In this document: positions 51,807 to 61,000 of the stretch, in pieces
Numbering within the stretch: the first letter of the stretch is position 1
Layout: each line of letters starts with the position of its first letter
DNA from: Candidatus Sulfotelmatobacter sp.
Lineage (GTDB): Bacteria; Eisenbacteria; RBG-16-71-46
Reading direction: 5' to 3'
DNA: 64,000 nucleotides
Assembly: GCA_035498555.1 (NCBI GenBank)
Contig: DATKAB010000081.1
Location: 28,239-92,238 of the forward strand
The notes under the pieces: model-generated
Told to the model about the DNA's origin: nothing
What the model saw: only the letters and a program-made list of their open reading frames with translations
The model's database searches: none
Translations under genes and position numbers: made by a program

Positions 51807-52730
51807 TCAGAAGCTGGTGCGAAGCGCACAGCGCATCGCCGTCGGGTCATTGCCACCCGCCGGCGCCCACTCGAGATTCCATCCGCTGTGGCCGTCGCCG
51901 GCCTTGGCGGATCTTCCCGACACGATGACCACGTGCAGAACGCTCGCCAGCCGGTTCGCGACCATCAGCGCGAGCGAGGTGTTGGCGCGCAGCTCGGCGC
52001 GTTGCATGTCCTTTCGCTGCGCGCTGTATCGATCGAAGCTCGCCTGGTCCTGCCAGGACCAGGCCATGTCCCCGGTCAGCGAATGGTCGGCGATGTACTT
52101 TCGATACTGCGCGGGATCGTCGTAATAGAGGTTGGCGGCATCGCGATAGACGACCAGTCGGTTGTATTCGTCGCTGCTCGAGTAGGCGCCGACGATCTTC
52201 TGGAACTCGTCGTCCCTCCCCTTGAGGTCGACGCCGGCGAAAAGTCTGGCCGTGAGGATCGCCGAGTCGTGCCGCATCTGCTCCTGGATGTTGAATGCCA
52301 CGAACGAGGCGAGAATCCCGACTTCGATGCCGGCGAAGACCGCGCCCGCCGTCGGGTGTCCGAGCGTTGCCTGACCCCAGCCCGGATAGGTGGCCGAGCG
52401 GAGCAGCGCCTGCGCGCGCTCGGGCGTCAGCATCGAGGTCGAGGGGTGCGACGAATTGCTCTTCGGCTTCTTGCCGTGACTCGACGATCCCGAGATGCTG
52501 ACGCCGAGCTCGGGCGGCCGGACGAATGGAATCGCGAGCGCCAGCGGCGCCTGGTCGCTCTCCACGCTCGAGGAGGCGTCGAGCACGCCGTGCGCCACCG
52601 GTGCGGCGGCGGGCGCGAGAAGCAAGGATTCGGTCGCACGCGGGAGCTCGAGCACTTCGGCAGACGCAGTTCGTCCCGCCAGCGCGATCCCGAGCGCCAG
52701 CGCCAGGCCCGACCTTGCCGGCGCGCGCAT
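51807..52730 (-). CDS. secreted/membrane protein, DUF5683-like; paralog of 52730-53533
   Basis: ATG 52730 (MRAPARSGLALALGIALAGRTASA). 307 aa. YPGWGQATLGHPTAGAVFAGIEVGILASFVAF (PGxGQ + TM), a Tyr/Asp-rich middle, ..LMVANRLASVLHV.., and it ends ...ALRTSF. Confidence 0.4.
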   Translation of the reverse strand: MRAPARSGLALALGIALAGRTASAEVLELPRATESLLLAPAAAPVAHGVLDASSSVESDQAPLALAIPFVRPPELGVSISGSSSHGKKPKSNSSHPSTSMLTPERAQALLRSATYPGWGQATLGHPTAGAVFAGIEVGILASFVAFNIQEQMRHDSAILTARLFAGVDLKGRDDEFQKIVGAYSSSDEYNRLVVYRDAANLYYDDPAQYRKYIADHSLTGDMAWSWQDQASFDRYSAQRKDMQRAELRANTSLALMVANRLASVLHVVIVSGRSAKAGDGHSGWNLEWAPAGGNDPTAMRCALRTSF

Positions 52731-53533
52731 CAGAAGCGGCCCTCCAGCGCCAGACGCAGATTCGCCCCGCGCGGCGTCAGTCCCCCGCCCATCCTCAGCC
52801 GGAGGTTCTGGGTGAGCGGCAGATTGTGCGTGCGCGCCGCGTGCAGGGCGTCGATCGCCGACACCACGTGGTTCAGGATGATCGCGCCGGCCGCGTAGCG
52901 GGACTTCTTGACCGAGCTCTGGTAGTCGTCCTCGAGCGACTGATATTGCGAACGATTGGCGTCGTAGCTGTTGCTCCACCCCGCGGAGTAGAGATCGTTG
53001 AAACCGATCTGATGGTAGAACGCGTCACGATCGCCGGCATAAAGCTGGGCGAGCGCCAGGGTGTCCTGGCCGGTGACGCGGTTGTAGCGGTTGAAGTTCC
53101 AGGCGCTGGTCGAGTCGTACGGAGATCCGGCGTAGGTCTGGGAGTCCTGCTTCTGCTGATCGGCGCGATCGCGCAGCACGACCAGCGAAGCCCAGCCCAC
53201 CACCTCGACCAGCAGGTAGACGAATCCGCTGTGCTCGCCCACGTACAGCTGTCCGGTGCCCGGCACGGCCGCCGACATCATCATCGCCCACCCCTCGGAC
53301 TTGTATCCGGGCACGTCGACCGACCGGTAGCTCGAGTCCTCCGACTCGCCCCACTCGCGGGTGATGACGCGTTGCGCGAGCAACGGCGAGTCGGAGCTCC
53401 CCGCGGTGATCAGGCGAGGCGCGAGCAACGAGCTCTGAATCGAGGAGGCACCGGTCGAACTCCAGGCGCGGCCGCTGCTCAGCGCCAGCAGCGCCGCTCC
53501 CGCGAGCGCGAGCCACCGCAGGTCGCGGGTCAC
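52730..53533 (-). CDS. secreted/membrane protein, DUF5683-like; paralog of 51807-52730
   Basis: GTG 53533 (GTGA overlap with the protease stop). 267 aa. Signal WLALAGAALLALSSGRAWS, VPGTGQLYVGEHSGFVYLLVEVVGWASLVVL, a Tyr-rich middle, AGAIILNHVVSAIDALHAA, and it ends ...LALEGRF. Confidence 0.4.
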   Translation of the reverse strand: MTRDLRWLALAGAALLALSSGRAWSSTGASSIQSSLLAPRLITAGSSDSPLLAQRVITREWGESEDSSYRSVDVPGYKSEGWAMMMSAAVPGTGQLYVGEHSGFVYLLVEVVGWASLVVLRDRADQQKQDSQTYAGSPYDSTSAWNFNRYNRVTGQDTLALAQLYAGDRDAFYHQIGFNDLYSAGWSNSYDANRSQYQSLEDDYQSSVKKSRYAAGAIILNHVVSAIDALHAARTHNLPLTQNLRLRMGGGLTPRGANLRLALEGRF

Positions 53534-56500
53534 TTGAGCACTCCCACGCGCAGCGTCTCGTCGTGCTCGCTCTTCGCGCCGTGAATCCTCACCTGCACCA
53601 CGTAGAGCCCCGCCGGCAGCGAGCCCGGATCCCAGCTCTCGAGGTTCTCGGCCAGACGCGCGTCGCGCGAGAACGAAGCCACCTCCCGTCCGGCGGTGTT
53701 GAGCACGTGGAATTCGACGTGCGCGGGCTCGGTGAGCGTATAAGCGATCGAGATCGGCCGGCGGCGCGCCGGGTTCGGGAACGCCTTGAGCGAGCCCGAC
53801 ACCAGCGGTCCGGCAGCCGGTGCGAGCGCGACCGAAGTGCGCGCGGCCGGCAGGCGACAGGTGCGCTCGGGATCGCCGCCCAGCATGGTCCAGGCGTCGG
53901 CCGGGCCGGCGCTCGGCGCCACCGGCAGCGTGTAGGCGTAGAGCGTGCCGAAGCGATCGGGCGCCACCAGATCGAGGTGGCCGTCGCGATCGAGATCGGC
54001 CGCCAGCGGCGCGCCGGCGACTCCGGATCCGCTGGCGAGCGGCCAGCCGTCGGGCGTATGGCCATCGGCGCGAAGCGCGGCGATCACCCCGCTGGTGTTG
54101 AGCGCCACCACCGAGGGACGGCCGTTGCCGTCGAGATCGATCGCCAGCGGCGGGCTCAGGGAGGGAAAGCGATGATTCTCGTGCTTGCCGGTGAGCAGCG
54201 TGTCGTCCTCGAGCACGCCCTCCGGCGAGCCCGGCTTGGGCCATCCCGGCGAGGGCGCGCCGGTGAGGTTCACGAACGCGATCTTCGAGCTCTGGGTCTG
54301 GATCAGCACCTCGGGAAGTCCATCGCCGTCGGGATCGCCGGCCCCGAGGCCCGGCGAGAGTGTGTCTCCGAACGAGCGGCCCCAACCGGGAAGCGCTCGT
54401 CCCAGCAGGCAATAGCCCCACAGCCGGTCGGCGTCGTGAACGATGAGCTCGGGGCTTCCGGCACCACAGCCACTCGGGTCGCCGGACGCGCCCCCCGCAC
54501 CATCGAGATCGAGCCACAGGAAATCGGGCGTGAACTCGGCGCGCGCCGCGACCTGCACCGGCCAGCCCTGAACGCGGGTCACCGAGCCCGTCCCTGGCGA
54601 ACCGGCAGCGGTGAGCTGATAGACGGCGACCGCGCCGGCGGAGTCTCCGGCGCTCACCACCCAGTCGCCCTGCGGGCCGATCGTCGCCGCCAGCCGTCCC
54701 GCGACCGGCGCCGACAGCGGCACATCGCCCCGCCCCCACAACGTGCCGTCGAGATTGTAGGCGTAGACGTAGCCGTCGCGCGCTCCCACCAGCACCTGGG
54801 CGTTCGGGTAGGCGCCGACGAAAACCGGCGGCGTGGAGAGCCTGCTGTTGGCCGGCGCCACCGGCCAGTTGCTGCCGCTGGTGAGCCCGAAGTGATCCAC
54901 TACCCAGAGCTGCCCGCCCGCGGCGCTCGGGCCGGGTCCATCGGCGATCGTGGTCGCCGCGAACAGCGCCGGTCCCTGTTCGGGATTGGGACCGCCGGTG
55001 GGAATCGCCGCCATCACCGGGTAGGGCCGCCGGTCGAGGCTGGCGAAGACCGGCGAGGTTCCAAGCGGCGTGCCGTCGGCGCGGAGCGCGAACAGGCTGG
55101 TGCTGTCGGGGCTGATCGAATCGGCGCCGGCCCAGCACACTTCGAGCTTGCCGTCGCCGTCGGCGTCCACGGCGAGGAGCTGAGGTCCGCCGATCGGGAA
55201 CTCGTGACCCGGGAACTGCACCGGCCAGCCGGGCAACTGCCAGGTCCGATCGGTCCGGAAGCGCATGGTGGCGAGCAGCGTGTCCGATACGGTGACGCGC
55301 AGGTGGGGTCGCGTGCCGATGTGCGGCCGCAGATTGGGCGCGGTGTTGTCGTCGAGCAGCACGTTGTTGCCGACGTAGTAGGGATCGCGATAGCTGCCGA
55401 AGATGAAAGGCGAGCCGGGATCGCCGATGTCGGCGAGCCCGTCGGCTTCGACCACTCCCACTCCCAGGCGATTCGGGTTGGTGTTGATCCCGAAGTCGGG
55501 ATTGGGTCGCAGCGAGTTCTCGAAGGTGATCACGCTGTCGTCGAAGTGCCAGACCAGAATGCCCCCGCCCGGCGCCAGGGCGTCGTACTCGTAACGGTCG
55601 GGGAACTTGGGGCCCAGCACGACGCCGGTGGTGTCATCGATGTCGAAGTGGACGGTGTCGCTGTAGGCGTAGGCCTGATGGCGGTTCTCGAGCACCAGGA
55701 ATTCATCGCTCGAAAGCGTGATGCGCCGGAAGTCGGGATGACGCTCGGAATCCATCAGGCTGTCGGGGGCGCCGTAGGGAGCCTCGGTGTAGTCGACGAC
55801 GTCCGAGGCGAAGAAGCGATGGAACGGGTCGATGCTCGGCGGCAGCATGCCGGTGGCGAAGATTTCCTCCCCATCCGCCTGCTTGACCAGCGCCCCGACC
55901 AGGTTGCCGCTGTCCATCAGGCTCCAGAAACCGACCGCCGGGAAGCCGGTGTCCACGTTGTAGAGATCGACGAACCCGAAGAAGTTGTGGCCGCTCTCGT
56001 GGGCGATCACGCCGTTGATGGCGCCGAAGTAGCCGTCCTGGTTCTCGGTCTCGGGAACGAAGCTGGCGCGCGTCACGGGATGGAAGCGATTGCTCGAATC
56101 GGGGAACACCACGACGTCGGTGTCGACGACGCCGAGCGTGAACGAGGGGATGTCCTCCTTGCTGTCCTGCTTGACGTCGCTCTGCAGGTCGCTCCCCGCG
56201 TGGATCAGGATCACGCGATCGATCGAGTTCCAGGGAATCGTGTCGTTCATCGCGTGGGCCTGGGAGTCGGCCGCGAATAGGAAGGTGCGGAACATGTGGA
56301 CCGCGGCCGCCTCGATAGCCTGGCTGAAGGTCCAGGGCCCGAAGTCCGCCATGTCGGTCACCGAATAGGCCAGATTCTCGCTGCGCGGCCAGACCTCGCC
56401 GCGCACCACCACGCGCCCGTAGGTCATGACGTCGTAGTAGCGGCTCAGGGCCTCGAGATGCTTCCGGTAGAAGGTGCGGTTGTGTGGAGGGCGATCCACC

Positions 56501-56940
56501 GGATTGTTGATCGTGTCGGCGGGATCGAGATTGAAGCGCCCGTCACCCGTCGAGGCCGCGCCACCGCGATCGTGGAGGAAGTCGATGCGAATCACCGCCA
56601 CCGTGAGGGTGTCGGGCGGGCCCAGCGCCGCCCGCGAAGCGCTCGGGCTCGCGCCGGTCTTGCGGATGTCGCGCATCATCGCGGCCGGTGGCCGCCAGCC
56701 GAGCCGGCGCGACGCGAACGGCGACCAGTCCACGCCCGGCTCGGAGATGACGTGCGGCACCGCGTGCGACCGCTTGAGCAACGCGGACTCGGACTCGCGA
56801 GCGCGCTGATCGAGCGCCCGCGGCACGCGCGGATCGCCCGGGGTCCAGCGGCGAATCGTGAGGGGCTGGTCCGCCCGCACGGAGGGCGCGGCCAGCAACC
56901 CCAGAGCGGCGGCGAGAACGAACCGTTTGAGGCCGCGCAA
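53530..56940 (-). CDS. M6 (immune inhibitor A-like) zinc metalloprotease with FG-GAP/VCBS repeats and a T9SS type-A C-terminal sorting domain
   Basis: 1136 aa. Signal MRGLKRFVLAAALGLLAAPSVRA. HEXXH in GVIAHESGHNFFGFVDLYN (codons at 55987-56001). FG-GAP-like DADGDGKLEV, DPDGDGLPEVLI, DLDGNGRPSVV, DLDRDGHLDLV. CTD: LKAFPNPARRRPISIAYTL.EPAHVEFHVLNTAGREV....LPAGLYVVQVRI. Confidence 0.75.
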   Translation of the reverse strand: MRGLKRFVLAAALGLLAAPSVRADQPLTIRRWTPGDPRVPRALDQRARESESALLKRSHAVPHVISEPGVDWSPFASRRLGWRPPAAMMRDIRKTGASPSASRAALGPPDTLTVAVIRIDFLHDRGGAASTGDGRFNLDPADTINNPVDRPPHNRTFYRKHLEALSRYYDVMTYGRVVVRGEVWPRSENLAYSVTDMADFGPWTFSQAIEAAAVHMFRTFLFAADSQAHAMNDTIPWNSIDRVILIHAGSDLQSDVKQDSKEDIPSFTLGVVDTDVVVFPDSSNRFHPVTRASFVPETENQDGYFGAINGVIAHESGHNFFGFVDLYNVDTGFPAVGFWSLMDSGNLVGALVKQADGEEIFATGMLPPSIDPFHRFFASDVVDYTEAPYGAPDSLMDSERHPDFRRITLSSDEFLVLENRHQAYAYSDTVHFDIDDTTGVVLGPKFPDRYEYDALAPGGGILVWHFDDSVITFENSLRPNPDFGINTNPNRLGVGVVEADGLADIGDPGSPFIFGSYRDPYYVGNNVLLDDNTAPNLRPHIGTRPHLRVTVSDTLLATMRFRTDRTWQLPGWPVQFPGHEFPIGGPQLLAVDADGDGKLEVCWAGADSISPDSTSLFALRADGTPLGTSPVFASLDRRPYPVMAAIPTGGPNPEQGPALFAATTIADGPGPSAAGGQLWVVDHFGLTSGSNWPVAPANSRLSTPPVFVGAYPNAQVLVGARDGYVYAYNLDGTLWGRGDVPLSAPVAGRLAATIGPQGDWVVSAGDSAGAVAVYQLTAAGSPGTGSVTRVQGWPVQVAARAEFTPDFLWLDLDGAGGASGDPSGCGAGSPELIVHDADRLWGYCLLGRALPGWGRSFGDTLSPGLGAGDPDGDGLPEVLIQTQSSKIAFVNLTGAPSPGWPKPGSPEGVLEDDTLLTGKHENHRFPSLSPPLAIDLDGNGRPSVVALNTSGVIAALRADGHTPDGWPLASGSGVAGAPLAADLDRDGHLDLVAPDRFGTLYAYTLPVAPSAGPADAWTMLGGDPERTCRLPAARTSVALAPAAGPLVSGSLKAFPNPARRRPISIAYTLTEPAHVEFHVLNTAGREVASFSRDARLAENLESWDPGSLPAGLYVVQVRIHGAKSEHDETLRVGVLK

Positions 56941-56961
56941 GGACGATTCCGGTGTTTGGAA

Positions 56962-57909
56962 CTAGAAGCGGTAGCCCAAAGTGATCTTCTTCACGTAGTC
57001 CAGCCCGGAATTCTTCGCCTGGGGGATCGCGCCGAAATCGAGTGCCAGGCTGTGCCAGTTGACTCCGATCCCGTAGGTCAGGTCGCTGATGTCGCCCAGC
57101 GGATCGGAATACCAGCCGATGCGTCCGGAGAGCTGCTCGACGATGCGCAGCTCGGCACCGTAGTCATAGGTGCGGAACTTGGTCGTCACCAGCGATTGAT
57201 TGAAGTCGGTGACGAACAGCATGCCGATCGGCCCCTTGTTGTACGCCTCCCACGCGCCGCCGATCTTCAGATTGCGGCTCAGGGGACTGGCCTGATCCTC
57301 GTTGATGAACGTCACGCTCGGCCCGAGGTTCTGCACATTGAGCCCGAAGCTCAGGTGTGCCGAGGGGATCCGGTAGAGGCTGGCAAGGTCGAGACCGAAG
57401 GTCGAGCCCACGCCCTGCTGACTGCTGGGAGCGAGCTGGATGCGGATGTACTTGAGCGCGAGTCCCACCGACAGGTCGGGAAGCACGCGGGTGCCGAAAT
57501 AGATCGAGGGTGAGAACTCGTTGGAGCCGAACTGCCCGGTCGAGACGCCGTTCTCGTCGGAACCTTCGCTTTGCCCGTAGGAGAGGAAGATGATGCCGAC
57601 GCCGTAGGCGCCCCACCCCTCGATCGGGTGCACGAAGGTGAGATAGTTGTAGTTGACGTCGCTGGCGAGCCCGGGGACCAGCTGCGCGTAGGTCAGCTCG
57701 ACCGCAGAGTGCTCGACGAAGCCGAGCCCTGCCGGGTTCCACCAGGTAACGCCGGTGGCGTCGTCAGCCAGCGCAACTCCTGCGGCGCCAAGGCCGTTTT
57801 GCCTCGCCCCCGGCTGAATATCGAGGGATCGGCCGGTCCCTTGCGCCATGGCCGAACTGGCGATCAGCAATCCCGCCAGGGCTGCCAAAGTCAAGCGTAG
57901 CATGTGCAT
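56962..57909 (-). CDS. porV: PorV/PorQ-family outer-membrane barrel
   Basis: I start at ATG 57909 (MHMLRLTLAALAGLLIASSAMA), preceded by GAGGAGGAG. GARQNGLGAAGVALADDATGVTWWNPAGLGF is the family's N-terminal signature. Glycine/aromatic-rich strands follow, ending ...KITLGYRF. It lies immediately downstream of the porU-like gene. Confidence 0.7.
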   Translation of the reverse strand: MHMLRLTLAALAGLLIASSAMAQGTGRSLDIQPGARQNGLGAAGVALADDATGVTWWNPAGLGFVEHSAVELTYAQLVPGLASDVNYNYLTFVHPIEGWGAYGVGIIFLSYGQSEGSDENGVSTGQFGSNEFSPSIYFGTRVLPDLSVGLALKYIRIQLAPSSQQGVGSTFGLDLASLYRIPSAHLSFGLNVQNLGPSVTFINEDQASPLSRNLKIGGAWEAYNKGPIGMLFVTDFNQSLVTTKFRTYDYGAELRIVEQLSGRIGWYSDPLGDISDLTYGIGVNWHSLALDFGAIPQAKNSGLDYVKKITLGYRF

Positions 57910-58013
57910 AGAAACAAACTCCTCCTCAACCAGTCGGGGCAAGAGACCTGCCATTCAAGGCTCCTACACCTGAGTTCCACCCTCGGGTCCGATTTTCTTT
58001 CGGCCACCACGCC

Positions 58014-61000
58014 TCAACGGTTGAGGATCACGAATCGGCCCTCCGCCGAGGCCTTCCGCTGGGCGCTGCTCCGGCCCTGATCGTCCCTGCCATTCACGTA
58101 GACCTTGAAGAGGTAGGTGCCATTGGCCAGGGGCCCGCCCTCGGCATCGAGCCCGTTCCAGGGGATCTGCACCTGGCCGAAGTCGCCGAAGCTCTCGAGC
58201 TCGCGGATCAGCCGGCCCGAAACCGTGAAGATCTTAACCAGCACGTTGACGGAGTCGCCGGGGCCGACGATCACGAATTCTCCGCCGCTCGTCAGCCGGC
58301 CCGACTCGGTCGGATTCGGGAACAGGTAGGCGCGGTTGATGACCACCGGGGGCGCGCTCGCCACCTGGAAGCTCAGTGAACTGCTCGAGCGGTGCTCGAA
58401 CGCGGTGAGCCCGGCGGCCAGATTGTCGGCGGCCGAGACACTCACTGTGTGCGATCCCGGCGACAGATTCGGGAGCTGGAACTGCGCGGTGCCGGTGCTG
58501 TACGAGCCCGCGGCGTAGCGGAATGTCGAGGTGATGTCGCTCCGCTGCGTGGTGTTGTTGTCGACCGTCACGATGATCCCGTTCTGGAGCGTGTGGCCGG
58601 TGGTGAGAATGCCGCTCGGATCCGACAGGTCGACGTTGAGCGTGGCGTCGGGCCGCACGCTGGTCGCGCCGCCCGGGAACGACAGCGCGATCGAGGGCCC
58701 GGCCTGGTCGCCGGCCGGAATGCTTCCCGGCGAGATCTGCATGCGGATGCTCCCGACCGCGTCGGGAATTCCCCTCGTACCCGCGAGCCCGGCGAGGTAG
58801 GCGCGCACCTTGCCGCGCGGTCCGCCCAGGGCCTCGAGCGGCACGATGAATTTGCCCTGGAATACGCCACCCGAGACCAGCACCGAGCCACGGAAGATCG
58901 CGCCGGCCTTGAAGTCATACTGGGTCCGCGCGCACAGCGAGTCGTAGACGCACGCGGGCGAGGTGGGTCGTGGCTGCGAGTCCTCGATCAACAGATCGCC
59001 AACGCCGCTGTAGCCGACCGCGCTGCCGCCGGGCCGATCCAACACGCGACCCTTGAACAGAATCGCGTCGCCGCCGTGGATCTGGGTGACCGGCGTGGTG
59101 CCGGTCGCGTCGTACAGCCCGACGTCCACCCACAACTTCGGCAGGTCGAGACGGAGCGCGGCATCGCCCATCAGTCCGTACTTCTCGTTGTTCTGCATCT
59201 GGATCAGGTCGCTCGAAGTCTGGAGCTTCGCCGACAGCAACGCCGGCACCACCCCTTCCTGGTACTGGCCAGTGGTGGCATCGCGGCTGTAGAGAAGCGT
59301 GTAGAGCCGGTAGGCGAGGTCGACGTTGAAGTCGCTGTAGGCCAGCTCGGTCGCCGAAATCACGCCCACCGAACCCCCGGTCGGCGACATGAGCAGTCGC
59401 TCGCCGAGACTCTGCACCCGCGGGTCGTTGAACTTGCCGACGTCGCACGAGGCCGCGATGAACAGGGGCAGCCGGGTGGAGTTGGTGAACGAGCCGGCAT
59501 CGGTATCGATCAGCACGTTCTCGTCGCTGAGCTTGAACGGGCTGCCGTGGCCGATGAAGTTGAAGATCGCCACCCCTTCCCCGTTGATGTTGTTCTTGAT
59601 GTCGGCCTTGGCGCCCGGTTTGGTGCGCCCGGGCCCGTCGGGATAGGTGTGCAGATAGACGTAGACCCGATCGAAGTGATCGGGCGTGTAGACGGTATCG
59701 AGCACCGCGGTCTGGCGCAGATGCGTCCATTCGAGGTAGTCGGGCGACTCGCCCTGCTGGTCGTCGTCCGCGATCAGCATGACGCGATTGCGGAACGTGC
59801 CGGTCGGCGCGGATCGCTCGTAGAAGAACAGCTTCTTCTGCAGATAGTCGAGGGCGCTGCCGGGATCGTCGGCGGGAATGCGCCCGGCGAAGAAATCCGG
59901 CAGCACGGTGGTGGTGCCGATCGTGTCCACGTTCATGAGCCAGTCATCGCTCGCGAATTGGCTGGGCGAGGTGTAGTTGTTCTCGAAAGCCGGCATCAGG
60001 CATCCCGGCTGACCGGGGAGCGCGAGCCCCAGCAGGTTCTTGAAGTCGAACGAGGCGTCGCCGAGCAGGGTCACGAAGGCCGGCGGCGAGTGGCCGCCCG
60101 GACGCCAGTTGAAGAACGCGAAGCGCAGGAAATTGCGGATCGCGTCGGGATCGGTGCGCCCCCCCGAGAACTGGTCGTAGACCGCCGAGATTGGAACGCT
60201 CCTCACGTCGTAAGGGCCGGGATTGCCCGGCAGCGGCAGGCGCACGCGACGCCAGTTGAGCAGCGAGTCGGCCGCCTGCTTGAAGCCGTCGTAGTAGATG
60301 AGCAGGTAGTCCGCCTGCTGGTTGCTCGACCGCAGATTGAACCGGCTCTCATCCGAGGCCTCGGTGATGTCGTTGGCGGACGGCTTGGCAAACGACGCGC
60401 TCGGCAGCATCGCGTAGCGGCGCGGCCCGGTCTCCACGACCTCGAATGACAGCGTCCACTGACTGGTCTGCCCGGAGACCAGTGAATAGTCGAAGCCGAT
60501 CAGTTCCACCGGCGAGAATGGATCGGTGACATCGAACAACCGCGGCGGCGCCGCGGTGTCAAACGGACCAATCTGATAGATGGCGTTGCCGTTACCCGGT
60601 GACTCGAACGAGAGCTGATCGCCGTCGGGCATGAACTGGCGCCGGTACTTGACCTCGATGAAGGACAGCGCGCTCTGATCGATGCGGTTCCCGCTGCAGG
60701 TGAGGTTCGGCACCTGCAGCCGGATGACGTCGAGCGTGTCGAGCAACGGGAAGATGCGCGCGGTGACCGGTCGCAGATCGGTGAAGCTCACCTGGGTCGA
60801 GTCATTCCCCGCCGCCAGGCTCAACAGGTGCTGGGGATACAATCCGCATGGACCGGGCTGATCCACCTGGACGCCCCACGAGCGAGCGCGCACCTGCGCC
60901 GGCAACGTGGGGTCGATTCCTGGCAGCCGCACCTGCACCGCGAAGTTCGCGCCCGTGGTCATGGTGCGCCAGAAGAACTTGTCCCAGTAGAGCGTGGGAT

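Noticed and set aside
52730-55138. 802-aa - strand ORF.
   Set aside because: The first ~535 codons are a shadow frame inside the M6 protease gene. The real product begins at GTG 53533 with a signal peptide.
57910-58013. A sigma-54 or other specific promoter in the porU-porV gap, and also upstream of pilM (20147-20374) and pilB.
   Set aside because: I searched these gaps by eye for TGGCAC-N5-TTGC on the - strand. I found only partial GG elements without a correctly spaced GC, so there is no call.
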